Shown: positions 1 to 11,807, numbered from the stretch's first letter. The stretch: DNA of 64,000 bases from Elusimicrobiota bacterium (GCA_043810025.1 JBDRON010000102.1:4634-68633); one strand, 5' to 3'. Numbers and translations are program-made. Notes: generated from the letters alone by a model not told the origin.

Positions 1-873
1 TTTCCCGGACAAGGGAGTCAATCGGTAGGGATGGAAAAAGAGTTGCTGGCTGTTTATCCCCAAGCCGAAGAAATTTTTCAGCAAGCCAACGAGATTTTAG
101 GATACAACCTGAAAGAAATTATCGCTCAGGGGCCGGAAGAAAAATTGCGCCAAACTATAATTACTCAGCCGGCGGTGTTTACTACCTCGGTCGGGTATTG
201 GCGATATCTTCAACAAAGAGGAATAACGTCGGGCATCGTGGCCGGACATAGTTTGGGTGAGTATAGCGCGCTGGTTGCCGCCGGTGTGGTGGAATTTTCC
301 GACGGGCTGAAAGTAGTCCAAAAAAGAGCCGGGATTTTAGAAGAAGCCGCCCGCCGGAACCCCGGCGGGATGGCCGCGATCGTCGGTTTGGATAAAGAAA
401 AAGTTGTTGAACTTTGTCAACAGGTGGAGAGTTCCGGGTTTGTCCAGCCGGTAAATTTTAATTGTCCCGGTCAAATCGTGGTGGCGGGGGTAAATCAGGC
501 GTTGGACAACTTAACGGTCCAGGCTGAGGCCGCCGGCGCTTTAAAAGTAATCAGACTGAATGTTTCCGGGCCGTTTCATTCCGCTCTTTTAAAAGAGGCA
601 GCCGAAGAGATGCGTAAAGAATTAGCGGGTTTTGTTTTTAAAACTCCCTCCCGGCCTTTGGTCGGCAACTACGATGCTAAAATCAGTCTTTCCGCAGAGA
701 AAATAAAAGAGAATTTAGTTTTCCAGATTTATCACCCGGTACTCTGGGAAGATTCGATTAAAGCAATCCTTGAATGGGGCGCCGAAGAGTTTATCGAAGT
801 TGGACCGGGGCAGGCGCTTTCCGGTCTGCTGCGCCGGATCGACAAAAAAGCAAAAGTAGTAAAATTCAAATGA
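1..873 (+). CDS. fabD: Malonyl-CoA:ACP transacylase (5' partial; starts before the window)
   Basis: Frame is open from base 1 and reads FPGQGSQSVGM; GHSLGEY nucleophile motif; VSGPFHS; EVGPG. Confidence 0.96.
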   Translation, partial: FPGQGSQSVGMEKELLAVYPQAEEIFQQANEILGYNLKEIIAQGPEEKLRQTIITQPAVFTTSVGYWRYLQQRGITSGIVAGHSLGEYSALVAAGVVEFSDGLKVVQKRAGILEEAARRNPGGMAAIVGLDKEKVVELCQQVESSGFVQPVNFNCPGQIVVAGVNQALDNLTVQAEAAGALKVIRLNVSGPFHSALLKEAAEEMRKELAGFVFKTPSRPLVGNYDAKISLSAEKIKENLVFQIYHPVLWEDSIKAILEWGAEEFIEVGPGQALSGLLRRIDKKAKVVKFK

Positions 874-883
874 AAGAACACAG

Positions 884-980
884 GTCATGAGTAAAGGGTC
901 GTGGGCTATGAGTTGTGGGTCGTGAGTTTAAAAGAATCGAGTCTTTTAAGCTCAAGACTCATGACTCATACCCCATGACT
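884..980. repeat. Inverted heptamer arrays (CATGAGT-like) around a 22-bp dyad core
   Basis: Core ttaaaagaatcgagtcttttaa at 928-949, with tcatgag/tcgtgag units to the left and ctcaaga/ctcatga units to the right. Confidence 0.8.
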
Positions 981-1004
981 TATTTTTGGAATAAGGAGGC
1001 CTCT

Positions 1005-2075
1005 ATGTTTTGTCCAAGCTGCGAGAATTTAATGCCGGATGAAGACAAGTATTGCGGCCGCTGCGGGATGTTCCTTAACGAAAAAAGTAAACTATTGGCG
1101 CGTCTGAGCCTGGATTTTGCCTGGATCTGCCGCCGGGGCAGTGGAGGGTTTGTTTGCGGGTTTGTCGGCTGGATCATTGTTTTTATCATCAGCAGGATGG
1201 TCAAACAGGATATCGGGGATGCGCTGACCAATGTTTTTTGCGGGATGATTTCCGGGGTGTTTTTAGGGACGACCGGCGGGATTATCGAGGAATCGGCCTA
1301 CAAAGCGTTTGTCGGCGGAATACTCGGATGTGTTGGCGGCGCGCTGGGCGGGCTGTTGGCTATTTCCGTTGCCCATCTTTTACAAGGTAACGAAAAGCTG
1401 GTTTCCTTGTCGATTTTATCGACCTGGGCGATCGGCGGAGCGTTTATCGGCGCGGCTAGCGGGATGATCGAAAGAAGCCGAAAAAAAATCCTCGCCGGCG
1501 TGGTTTGCGGGCTGCTGGGCGGGGCGATCGGCGGTTTTCTGGGCTCGACCTTTTATGGGTCGATCCATCTGGAATATCAGCCGCAAAGCTGGCTTGCTCT
1601 TCGAGCGATTGAAGGTTTGTCCGGAGGTTTAGTCGGGGCGGCGCTTTGGTTTTCGATCGGGTTGGTGGAAAAGCTCTATATTTTCCGCCGGCTTATGCCG
1701 GCGAAGATTGAGGAGAAGGTCTGTGAATTTTGCGGAAAACAAAATCCGTTGAAATCCTGGTACTGCGCCGGCTGCGGCCATGTATTACAGATGGCCGCGC
1801 CGGTCCAAAAGATGGCGATAACCCCGCTTCGGGGCATCGAAAGGATCATCAACTCGCTAAAATTCATGTCTTGGCTGTTTGGGGTTACTGGCGTTATTGT
1901 CACCCCGATCGTATTTTTCACCTTTCTGATGCAGGACGCGATTCTGGCCGTAACCAGCGTTGTTTTCTTTATTCTTTTCAGTTATCTGATGGTCGTCTTT
2001 TTCCGCTCCCTTGCCGATATTTTTTCCTGGATCGTAAAAACATCATCGTTCCCGAAACCGGGGGAAAAAGCCTGA
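1005..2075 (+). CDS. Double zinc-ribbon, glycine-zipper multi-pass membrane protein
   Basis: SD aaggagg before ATG 1005; CPSC-x10-CGRC at the N-terminus; CEFC-x10-CAGC late in the protein; many GxxxG hydrophobic helices. Confidence 0.75.
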   Translation: MFCPSCENLMPDEDKYCGRCGMFLNEKSKLLARLSLDFAWICRRGSGGFVCGFVGWIIVFIISRMVKQDIGDALTNVFCGMISGVFLGTTGGIIEESAYKAFVGGILGCVGGALGGLLAISVAHLLQGNEKLVSLSILSTWAIGGAFIGAASGMIERSRKKILAGVVCGLLGGAIGGFLGSTFYGSIHLEYQPQSWLALRAIEGLSGGLVGAALWFSIGLVEKLYIFRRLMPAKIEEKVCEFCGKQNPLKSWYCAGCGHVLQMAAPVQKMAITPLRGIERIINSLKFMSWLFGVTGVIVTPIVFFTFLMQDAILAVTSVVFFILFSYLMVVFFRSLADIFSWIVKTSSFPKPGEKA

Positions 2076-2291
2076 AAACTTGCTATCCCGATTGCGCCAA
2101 AAAATTTATAGGCGAAATTCAGTCTGCCAACTTCAGTAGTTGTCAATAGTTAAAAATATATTATGAAAAGTAAATTTCAACTTTTTGTTTTAAATAAGCT
2201 CTTTGATAATTATGATCAAATACCTCCACACAAAAAACAACTTGATTTTTTTTCATTTATCTGTTATACCAATGAGGGGAGGTGAGCTGAG

Positions 2292-4604
2292 ATGAATAAA
2301 TTTGCCAAAGAAAGGGGTGGAAGTTTAATCGAAGTTATTGTTGCTTCAGCTGTTTTAATTATCATCGTGGTCGGCACATTTGCTTCCTTTACGGCAATCA
2401 CCAATTATTCCCGACAAGCCAAGTTTACCCAATCCTTAACCGCCATCGCCAAGGAGGAGTTGAACCGGGTAAGGGCGGTTTCTAAAGTAAAACCTTTACC
2501 GGAAACCCTGCCCTACTACACTGAAACTAGTACCTACACTAATAAAAATTACTATAATTTACAGACACTGCCCCAAGCCGGTGAACAACTGGTTACTTAC
2601 GACAACATCTACAGCCAGAAGGATAATAACGCCGATGCTAAATTCCCGGTCTATCGGAGAATAACTTTTGCGACGGTTAATGCTGGCAGTGATAAAGAAT
2701 ATAAAAGAGTAACGGTGAGTTTGCGGGATAGTTTTCAGCCGCCCCGTTTCTCTACGACCACCTTCACCACCAATATTTCCAAACCGGTAGTCTATGATAC
2801 CCGGACAACAGTTGACCGCGGTTATCTAGCCGGGAAGGTGATCGACAGAGATACCAATGCTCCCGTTGACGGAGCGACGGTGAAAATAACTAGAGTTGGC
2901 TATCCCGATACGACAATTTCCAGCAACGGCGCCATAGGTTATTCCATAGAACTCCCGGTTGGCAATTATACAGTCAAAGCGGACAAACCCCTTGTCAACG
3001 GTTATTGGTCAGTGACGGTTACGCCGGTAACCGTAAGCGGCGGTTATACCACTACTACGCAAAATTTTTCTCTCCAACCTTTTTATTACGGAATCATCAA
3101 AGTAACTATTCGGCATGCGGATACCAGCGCGCCGCTTGGCGGGATCCTCGTCTGGCTGCAGCTAATTTCTGCTGGTTCGTATACCTCCAGGAATACCGAT
3201 GCTAATGGAGAGGTTGTTTTTACTTCGGTTCTAATCAATCAAAGAGAAGTGACCTCTTGGATTGCTAAATATCGAATTCAAGCTCAATCCAATAGTCTTT
3301 ATTGGGCTTCCCTTGCCCCTTCCGTTGATGTGGAGAAGGATGTGACCAATTCCTACACCTTGACAATGATTCCCAAAAGGTTTGCCAATCTGAATTTTAC
3401 GGTGCAAAGAAAGGATGAGAGCGCCTTCAAAATTTCCGGCAGCAGGGTTGACTTGCAGGGAGATAATATTGTGGGTTCATCCCCTAAATATACCGATGTC
3501 GATGGAAGGGCCTCCTATCAACTAACGGTCAATCAAACTGCTACCCAGTGGAAAAACGGTAAATATCTGGTCTCCCGGGATGGCTACCAGGCGTTAAGCT
3601 GGGTGAACATTAATCCCGACATTGACGACAACTCTACCCGAGAGATCACCGTAGAATTGGAATTAAGTACCTTGCTGGCCTCAATAGACCCGCCATGGGC
3701 GAATATAACGAGCGGAGCTCAGCAATTATTTACCGGTTACGTTTCTTATAATGGGATCGATAAAACGGCAGCCTGCACAAAAAGCTGGGAGTTAACACCG
3801 GGAACGACTATCGGTTATCTGAACTCTGGCGGTCTGACCGCCGGAAATTATAACGCAGTCACTTATATGTCCACATCTGACGGCTTTACCCGGCTTACTT
3901 TTCGTGCCAGCATCACCATTGGAGGTATTCTTTTTACAGCCCAAAAAAGCATCAACATTTTTGTCGCGCCTACCGAGGGCCCATCAATTTTCAATTTAAT
4001 TCTTACCCCAACCGCGAAGATTGTTCCTTTTAGCTCTTCGTATGGTTTTGTCGCTACCGCTTACTTTAACAATAATCCAGTCAGTGTTGCCAAAAACTGG
4101 AGAATTGTTAGTCCCGGGATCGGAAGTTTTGATACTTTTAAAAGCGCGTTGTATGCGAAAACTACTTCCGGGGTTAATGATTCGGTAATATTTTGGGGTG
4201 ACATGGTCGGATCTACGCAGATGGAGGTCACCACAACTTATTTAGGGACATATACGGATACCGAGTTAGCGGACATTACCGTGGAGCCGTTGAATTTTCT
4301 GGCCGCCATCAATCCGGGATCGGTCACTATCCCGCCGGGGGGAACACAGACTTTTACCGCCACGGCTAGCTACGGAGCTAATGTGAGCGCTTCAACTATC
4401 TTTGAATGGTGGGTAGGCAACGGCAGTTTTGGTACTCTTTCGACAACTTCCGGACCAACAGTTACCTTTACCGCGAACAGTAGCGTGGGCGAAGAATATC
4501 TCAACTTGAGGGCTACCTATACCCCAACGGATGGTACCCCCACAAAAATCCTCACCCCATCGATAACCATCAATATTCAACCGGGAGGCGGTTTTGTCCA
4601 GTAA
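2292..4604 (+). CDS. Large PilV-like type IV minor pilin with carboxypeptidase-regulatory-like and Ig-like domains
   Basis: KERG|GSLIEVIVASAVLIII prepilin motif (E+5); LAGKVIDRDTNAPVDGATV and Thr/Ser-rich beta-sandwich repeats. Confidence 0.75.
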   Translation: MNKFAKERGGSLIEVIVASAVLIIIVVGTFASFTAITNYSRQAKFTQSLTAIAKEELNRVRAVSKVKPLPETLPYYTETSTYTNKNYYNLQTLPQAGEQLVTYDNIYSQKDNNADAKFPVYRRITFATVNAGSDKEYKRVTVSLRDSFQPPRFSTTTFTTNISKPVVYDTRTTVDRGYLAGKVIDRDTNAPVDGATVKITRVGYPDTTISSNGAIGYSIELPVGNYTVKADKPLVNGYWSVTVTPVTVSGGYTTTTQNFSLQPFYYGIIKVTIRHADTSAPLGGILVWLQLISAGSYTSRNTDANGEVVFTSVLINQREVTSWIAKYRIQAQSNSLYWASLAPSVDVEKDVTNSYTLTMIPKRFANLNFTVQRKDESAFKISGSRVDLQGDNIVGSSPKYTDVDGRASYQLTVNQTATQWKNGKYLVSRDGYQALSWVNINPDIDDNSTREITVELELSTLLASIDPPWANITSGAQQLFTGYVSYNGIDKTAACTKSWELTPGTTIGYLNSGGLTAGNYNAVTYMSTSDGFTRLTFRASITIGGILFTAQKSINIFVAPTEGPSIFNLILTPTAKIVPFSSSYGFVATAYFNNNPVSVAKNWRIVSPGIGSFDTFKSALYAKTTSGVNDSVIFWGDMVGSTQMEVTTTYLGTYTDTELADITVEPLNFLAAINPGSVTIPPGGTQTFTATASYGANVSASTIFEWWVGNGSFGTLSTTSGPTVTFTANSSVGEEYLNLRATYTPTDGTPTKILTPSITINIQPGGGFVQ

Positions 4605-5220
4605 GGGATTCACGCTCGTTGAAGTGCTAATTAGCGCCGCGATTGGCGCATTTCTGATTTTAGTTGTCGTCCATTTTTTCTTTGTCTTCAACAAGGGCCG
4701 GATGTCCAGTGAAGCCTATCGGCTTTGCAGCCAGGAAGCCGATTTGGTCATGCAGACAATGACTAATGAACTGGAAAAGGCCGGGTCGAATTTAACCGGA
4801 ACCAGTTTGTTTACTACTGTCCCTGCGGTTTCTGTAATTGCTCAACCAGCGGCGCTGAATAATAATTGGCTGGTTTTTTTTTCTCAGGATGTTGATACCA
4901 ATACTGTGGTTTCAGTCCTTGATTACTGGGTTAAATATTACACGGAGAATTACCGGATTGTGCGGGAAGTGCGGCGGGGAGGAACGAATATCTGGTCAAT
5001 GCTTTCCCCCTTAAGTCCGCCGATAAAAACATATTTAACCTCCCCGATGGTCCGGGTTGAAGCCTTAACTTTTAAAATTTATGATTCTAACGATATCGCT
5101 ACTGTGGATAATACTTCGGCCAGTCAAATTGAGATTACCCTGACCTTGCGTAATCTGGACAGATTTTTTATTGGCAAGCGGCGGGTGTTATTGAAAGCAG
5201 TTTTATTCGGCGGAGGGTAA
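4594..5220 (+). CDS. PilW-like type IV minor pilin
   Basis: SKG|FTLVEVLISAAIG class III signal; TTG start overlapping the upstream gene. Confidence 0.8.
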   Translation: MSSKGFTLVEVLISAAIGAFLILVVVHFFFVFNKGRMSSEAYRLCSQEADLVMQTMTNELEKAGSNLTGTSLFTTVPAVSVIAQPAALNNNWLVFFSQDVDTNTVVSVLDYWVKYYTENYRIVREVRRGGTNIWSMLSPLSPPIKTYLTSPMVRVEALTFKIYDSNDIATVDNTSASQIEITLTLRNLDRFFIGKRRVLLKAVLFGGG

Positions 5221-5224
5221 TAAA

Positions 5225-6925
5225 ATGAGGAGAAAAATGAATGGGAAAAAAAATCAGCTTCCGGGCCAAAACGGGATGGCGATTACCTCAATTTTGTTTA
5301 TCCTGGTCATCTTACTGCCGATATTGGTAATTTTTATTGATATAGTAAAAACCCAGGTTTTTAGTAACCAGAAGATGCAAAAAATCAGCAAGGCCGAGTA
5401 CAACGCGGAAGCCGGGGTCAATGAAGCTTTGTCCAATTTGAAATGGCGGATAAAACAACTGGAGACCCGGGTGTCTGACGGTGTTCTCTTAATTGATGGA
5501 ACAACCGATTATATCAGTCCCGATCAGCTTAGTGAATATATTGATCAGGATTGCCCGGCAAAATTCTTTACCGATTACCTGAACAATTTTTCCGGAGAGC
5601 CGGATTTTACTGTTTCCTCTCCTTCTGCTCCATACGCTTCATATATGCTGAGTAATAATACCAACCTCAATGATAACTGGACTACCGAGATTCGCTTAAA
5701 CAAAACTACGGAAGACGGCGGCTGCCGCTGGGTAAGCGGTTTTGGCAATAACGATGCCTGGCTGGTATTTAAATATGAAATAATCACCCGGGGGAAATCT
5801 TTAGCCGGAGGAAATGAACAAGACCGGCTTTCCAGCAGCAAAACTGTTCGAGTTACGGGTAAAAGACTGATCAAAATACACCTCAAACGCACTTTATCCA
5901 AATATCAATATTTTACTAGTTCCGGCAGCTACAACGGCAGTCCGGTCTGGCTCTATGCCGCCCTAGCTACCCCGCCAAGGTTTAATGGCCCCGTCTATAC
6001 CAATGATTATCTTTATGTGAAAGGAAACCCCGGATTTAGCGACAAAGTATCTTCAGCGAAGAATATCTACTATTACAATAATCCCCCAAGCAGTCCTTCC
6101 GCAACCACCCGCGCGGCCATTAGTCCGGGGGTATACTATGATAACCCCTCTTTTACCGGTTCTGCGCCGGCCTTTACGGCTAATGCGCCGGTGGAGAGCC
6201 TGCCGAGCACTCTGGATAAAACTCAACAAATCCTTATCGCTACAGGCGGGCAAACCGCTTACTCTGCTTGGGACAACGGCGTTTACCAAAGCACCACCAC
6301 CCCGGCGGTTTATATCAAAGGGAATGCCGATGTAACGATCCAGCCGATTACTATCCTGAACCCTGGCGATGGGGTGCGGTATATTTTTTCTCCCGGCGCC
6401 GGCGAAACATTTCCTGCCCAAACAGTGGATATTTCTGTAGACGATAATCAGCAATTTTTGGTTTATGTGGACGGCCAAATTTCCGCCATTTCCGGTATAC
6501 TGCAAGAAAATGCACAAGTGACCATCGCCGCGGAAAACAGTATAATTTTTGCCGGCAATCTGGAATACGCGGGTGAATTGGCCTCGACGGTTTTGGGGTT
6601 AATCTCCTGGACCGGCGATGTTTTGGTCAGCAAAGATTATAGCGGAGACATCACAGTCTACGCTTCGATTATGGCGCCCCAGGGTGGTGTGGGAGTAGAA
6701 GATTTGGCCGGCGCTACTTCTTATAAAGGAAATTTTAGCATTAATGGAGGAATGATTGTCGATCATCCGCTGCCGACCTTGACCTCTACCTACTACGGCT
6801 ACAGTTTTAGCAGTATTTACGATACGGCTTTACAAAATCAAAAAGCTCCACCCTATTTTCCTGGTAATGGGAAATATGAGCTAAAGGATGACACAGAACT
6901 GGTTAAAGATGCCTATAGTTTCTAA
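5225..6925 (+). CDS. PilX-like minor pilin with large C-terminal (DUF4900-like) domain
   Basis: QNG|MAITSILFILVIL lacking E5, KAEYNAEAGVNEA PilX helix, FNGPVYTN and VLGLISWTGDV segments. Confidence 0.7.
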   Translation: MRRKMNGKKNQLPGQNGMAITSILFILVILLPILVIFIDIVKTQVFSNQKMQKISKAEYNAEAGVNEALSNLKWRIKQLETRVSDGVLLIDGTTDYISPDQLSEYIDQDCPAKFFTDYLNNFSGEPDFTVSSPSAPYASYMLSNNTNLNDNWTTEIRLNKTTEDGGCRWVSGFGNNDAWLVFKYEIITRGKSLAGGNEQDRLSSSKTVRVTGKRLIKIHLKRTLSKYQYFTSSGSYNGSPVWLYAALATPPRFNGPVYTNDYLYVKGNPGFSDKVSSAKNIYYYNNPPSSPSATTRAAISPGVYYDNPSFTGSAPAFTANAPVESLPSTLDKTQQILIATGGQTAYSAWDNGVYQSTTTPAVYIKGNADVTIQPITILNPGDGVRYIFSPGAGETFPAQTVDISVDDNQQFLVYVDGQISAISGILQENAQVTIAAENSIIFAGNLEYAGELASTVLGLISWTGDVLVSKDYSGDITVYASIMAPQGGVGVEDLAGATSYKGNFSINGGMIVDHPLPTLTSTYYGYSFSSIYDTALQNQKAPPYFPGNGKYELKDDTELVKDAYSF

Positions 6926-6989
6926 CCTCCCAGCAATCTGAACAAACATTGAATTTCCCATGCTTTTAATTATGCGCATGTGCTTTTTC

Positions 6990-7040
6990 TCCCTCTTAAT
7001 CCCCCCTTTTTAAAGGGGGAACAAGCACAAAACAAACAAA
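6990..7040 (-). repeat. Half copy of family-A palindromic repeat
   Basis: Reverse complement reads ttgtttgttttgtgcttgttccccctttaaaaaggggggattaagaggg, matching 49931-49975. Confidence 0.75.
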
Positions 7041-7070
7041 GAAAAATTTAAACTACAGGTGAAATGCAAA

Positions 7071-7116
7071 GTCAATGTATTATTTAATTGACAATTCATT
7101 TGACATGTGATACACT
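7071..7116 (+). promoter_or_regulatory. Sigma70 promoter of the TA operon with an overlapping inverted repeat
   Basis: TTGACA 7088-7093, 17 nt spacer, TGa-TACACT 7111-7116; GTCAAT...ATTGAC dyad at 7071-7092. Confidence 0.65.
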
Positions 7117-7135
7117 TATGTCGGAGGTGATTATT

Positions 7136-7417
7136 ATGCTGACACTTAAAGAAAATACCACATTGATCGGTGTTTCAGAGTTTCGCGCAAAAATAGAAAG
7201 TATTTTGGAAAAGATGCAAACAACCCGTGTGGTCATCGAAAAACGGCACAAACCGGTAGCGGTGCTGATCTCCAGCAGCGAGTATCAGAAATTTGAAGAA
7301 CTTTTGGATATGGCTGAAAATATCGTCTTGGGTTATCTGGCCAAGGAACGATTTAACAGGAGTAATGAAAAAGATTATATCAGTATAGAAACTGTTTTAA
7401 AGAAAATAGGTTCTTAA
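7136..7417 (+). CDS. Phd/YefM-family antitoxin
   Basis: IGVSEFRAK...VVIEKRHKPVAVLIS motif; SD ggagg; adjacent to a toxin. Confidence 0.85.
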   Translation: MLTLKENTTLIGVSEFRAKIESILEKMQTTRVVIEKRHKPVAVLISSSEYQKFEELLDMAENIVLGYLAKERFNRSNEKDYISIETVLKKIGS

Positions 7418-7419
7418 TA

Positions 7420-7713
7420 ATGTGGCCGATAAAAATACATAGATTGGTATTGGAAGAGGATTTTAAAAAAATTGATAAGCACAACCAAAATATTATTTTA
7501 AAAACAATTTATAAAAAGCTCAGTATTAATCCGGAAGGTTATGGAGAAGGTTTAAGCTACGATTTTAAAGGTTATTGGAAGCTGAAAATATCTAATTATC
7601 GAGTAATCTACCGGATTGAAAAGGAAAAAATATTGGTTTTAGTGCTAAAAATCGGTTTGCGAAGGGATAAAGAGGTCTATAAGGAAATGTTGTCACGTTT
7701 AAACAAGCAATAA
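7420..7713 (+). CDS. RelE/ParE-family toxin
   Basis: YWKLKISNYRVIYRI...VLVLKIGLRRDKEVY motif, 97 aa. Confidence 0.85.
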   Translation: MWPIKIHRLVLEEDFKKIDKHNQNIILKTIYKKLSINPEGYGEGLSYDFKGYWKLKISNYRVIYRIEKEKILVLVLKIGLRRDKEVYKEMLSRLNKQ

Positions 7714-7882
7714 TTCAGTAATATCGGGGAAAAATCACTTTTTATCACCCTATTTCTTCTTTTCTCCTCACTCAATCCTTCAAAAAAATCTGAAAAAAAA
7801 ATGTCTTTTTTGATTTGACTTTTATAGATTTTTTTGCTAAGTTCTATCGGATGATACCGAAGAGACTACAGAGGAGCGATTA

Positions 7883-9181
7883 ATGATTACGCGGTATAGT
7901 TTGCCGGAGATGAGCGAAATTTGGAGCGATGAAAACAGGTTCCGGAAAATGTTGTTAATCGAAATTTTGGCTTGCGAAGCGATGTCCAAGATGGGACTAG
8001 TTCCCCAGAAGGATTTGGCTAAAATAAAATCTTCGGCCTGCGTCAATGTAGAAAGAATTGCTGAAATTGAAAAAACCGTTAAACACGATGTGATCGCTTT
8101 TCTGACTCAGGTGGGGGAAACGGTGGGAGAATCAGCCCGCTATCTGCATCTGGGGATGACTTCATCCGATGTGCTGGATACGGCGCTGTCCGTCCAAATG
8201 GTGGAAGCCGCTGCTATCCTGCTCGCCGATTTAAAAGCGATCAGCGAAACATTAAAAAAGCAGGCGCAAAAATACAAAGATACTTTAATGATTGGCCGCA
8301 CGCATGGCGTGCATGCCGAACCGATTACTTTCGGGTTCAAACTGGCCGGCTGGTACGCGGAAGCCGGACGATGTATCGAGCGGATTTCCAGAGCAAAAGA
8401 AATTATTGCGGTGGGAAAAATTTCCGGGGCGGTGGGGACTTACGCCCATCTTGACCCGGAGGTGGAAAAATATGTTTGCCGGAAACTGGGGCTTAAACCG
8501 GCGCTGCATTCCACCCAGATTATCCAGCGCGATCATCATGCCGATTATTTAGCCCAGCTGGCTTTAGTGGCGGCATCGATGGAAAAAATCGCCTTGGAAA
8601 TCCGTCATCTGCAGCGGACTGAGGTGCTGGAGTTGGAGGAGCCTTTTACTGCCGGACAAAAAGGTTCCAGCGCGATGCCGCATAAAAGAAATCCAATTTT
8701 AAGTGAAAATATTTGTGGGTTGGCCCGCCTGATCCGGAGCAATGCTTTGGCCGGGTTGGAAAATGTCGCCCTCTGGCATGAGCGGGATATCTCTCATTCT
8801 TCGGTGGAGCGGGTGATTCTGCCCGATTCGACGATCGTTTTAGATTTTATGATCCAGCGGTTGAACTATGTTTTAGCCAATTTCCAGGTCTATCCTCAGC
8901 GAATGGCCGAAAACTTACGGCCCAGCGAGCAGGTGATTGCTTCCCAGAGAATCCTTTTGGAGCTGGTCAAAAAAGGATTGAGCCGGGAAGAGGCTTATGA
9001 GCTGGTCCAGAGCAAGGCGATCAAAGCCTGGACCGGGAAGAATAAGAATATTTTTCAAAAACTTATCCTGGCAGACAAAAAGATTACCCGCTATCTCAGC
9101 CCAAAAGAAATTAACCGCTGTTTTGACATCCGCTATTTTGTCCGGCAGGTTTCGGCGATTTTTAAACGGTTGGGACTCTAA
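7883..9181 (+). CDS. purB: Adenylosuccinate lyase
   Basis: GRTHGVHAEP; GSSAMPHKRNP signature. Confidence 0.97.
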   Translation: MITRYSLPEMSEIWSDENRFRKMLLIEILACEAMSKMGLVPQKDLAKIKSSACVNVERIAEIEKTVKHDVIAFLTQVGETVGESARYLHLGMTSSDVLDTALSVQMVEAAAILLADLKAISETLKKQAQKYKDTLMIGRTHGVHAEPITFGFKLAGWYAEAGRCIERISRAKEIIAVGKISGAVGTYAHLDPEVEKYVCRKLGLKPALHSTQIIQRDHHADYLAQLALVAASMEKIALEIRHLQRTEVLELEEPFTAGQKGSSAMPHKRNPILSENICGLARLIRSNALAGLENVALWHERDISHSSVERVILPDSTIVLDFMIQRLNYVLANFQVYPQRMAENLRPSEQVIASQRILLELVKKGLSREEAYELVQSKAIKAWTGKNKNIFQKLILADKKITRYLSPKEINRCFDIRYFVRQVSAIFKRLGL

Positions 9182-9182
9182 G

Positions 9183-10540
<1,358 letters not shown>

Positions 10541-10575
10541 AAGATGAAGTCTGAATAATTCTTAAATGATTTCAA

Positions 10576-10635
10576 TGTAGGGCAAGCCTTTAGGCTTGCG
10601 TCTTTAAAATCGCAGGGCTAAAGCCCTGCCCTACA
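10576..10635. repeat. GTAG-type REP doublet (60 bp)
   Basis: tgtagggcaagcctttaggcttgc...gcagggctaaagccctgccctaca; near-identical copy at 25280-25339. Confidence 0.85.
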
Positions 10636-10670
10636 AAAATTATAATAAGTTAACGCAGTGTGCCTAAACC

Positions 10671-11801
10671 ATGAAAGCATTACTAGCTTTAGAAGACGGG
10701 AAAATTTTTGAGGGCCAATCTTTTGCCGCGGAGGGGGAGGTGGCCGGTGAAGTGGTTTTCAATACCAGTATGACCGGGTATCAGGAGATCCTTACCGATC
10801 CTTCCTATCAGGGACAGATCGTGACGATGACCTATCCGCACATCGGTAACTATGGTATTACCCGGGAGGACGATGAATCGCGTCAGCCCTTTGCCAAAGC
10901 CTTAATTGTCCGGGAAGCCAGCCGGATTTATTCTAATTGGCGGGCGGAAAAAAGTTTGCGGGATTTTCTGCTCGAGTATGGTTTAATTGGGATAGAAAAT
11001 CTGGATACCCGGGCGTTAACCAAACATATTCGCAGTTTTGGGGCGATGCGGGGAGTAATCTCCACAGTTGATCTTAATCCTAAAAGTTTAATTAATAAAG
11101 CTAAAAAATCGCCTGGTCTGGTTGGCTGCGATTTGGCCAAAGAAGTGACCTGCGATAAAAGTTATCTACTGACACCGCCGGATTCGGCGGCAGAGGAAAA
11201 AAGCTTGGTTGTGGCGATGGATTTTGGGATAAAAAAAAATATTGTAAATTCTTTGCTTAAACAGGGCTGCAAAGTGATCGTTGTGCCGGCCTCAACCTCG
11301 GTCGAAGAAATTTTGTCCTTACATCCGCAAGGGATTTTGTTGTCCAACGGTCCGGGTGACCCGTCGGCAGTAGGTTATGCGATTGAGACCATTCGTCGTT
11401 TAATTGCCGGGTTAAAAACAGGGGCAATAAAATTGCCTATTTTTGGAATTTGTCTGGGACACCAATTGCTGGCTTTAGCTTCCGGCGCTAAAACTTATAA
11501 ATTGAAATTCGGCCATCGGGGCGCTAATCATCCGGTAAAAAATTTGTTTACCGGCCGGGTAGAAATAACTGCTCAAAACCATGGTTTTTGTCTGGATGAG
11601 AAGACTTTAAACACTGAAGAAATAGAAGTAACCCATCGAAATTTAAACGATCAAACTAACGAAGGTTTTCGTTACAAGGAACTGCCCATTTTCTCCGTTC
11701 AATATCATCCGGAGGCTTCACCAGGACCGCACGATTCGGAATATTTATTCGCCCAATTTATCGAAGAAATGCGAAAGACCGGAGTAAGAGATAAGGTTTA
11801 A
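10671..11801 (+). CDS. carA: Carbamoyl-phosphate synthase small subunit
   Basis: GEVVFNTSMTGYQE, SNGPGDP, GICLGHQ, QYHPE. Confidence 0.97.
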   Translation: MKALLALEDGKIFEGQSFAAEGEVAGEVVFNTSMTGYQEILTDPSYQGQIVTMTYPHIGNYGITREDDESRQPFAKALIVREASRIYSNWRAEKSLRDFLLEYGLIGIENLDTRALTKHIRSFGAMRGVISTVDLNPKSLINKAKKSPGLVGCDLAKEVTCDKSYLLTPPDSAAEEKSLVVAMDFGIKKNIVNSLLKQGCKVIVVPASTSVEEILSLHPQGILLSNGPGDPSAVGYAIETIRRLIAGLKTGAIKLPIFGICLGHQLLALASGAKTYKLKFGHRGANHPVKNLFTGRVEITAQNHGFCLDEKTLNTEEIEVTHRNLNDQTNEGFRYKELPIFSVQYHPEASPGPHDSEYLFAQFIEEMRKTGVRDKV

Positions 11802-11807
11802 GATGAA

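Noticed and set aside
884-980. Possible CRISPR array from periodic repeats (also 9183, 12684, 44843, 49194)
   Set aside because: Units are 7-9 bp tandem or inverted with no unique 30-40 bp spacers and no cas genes
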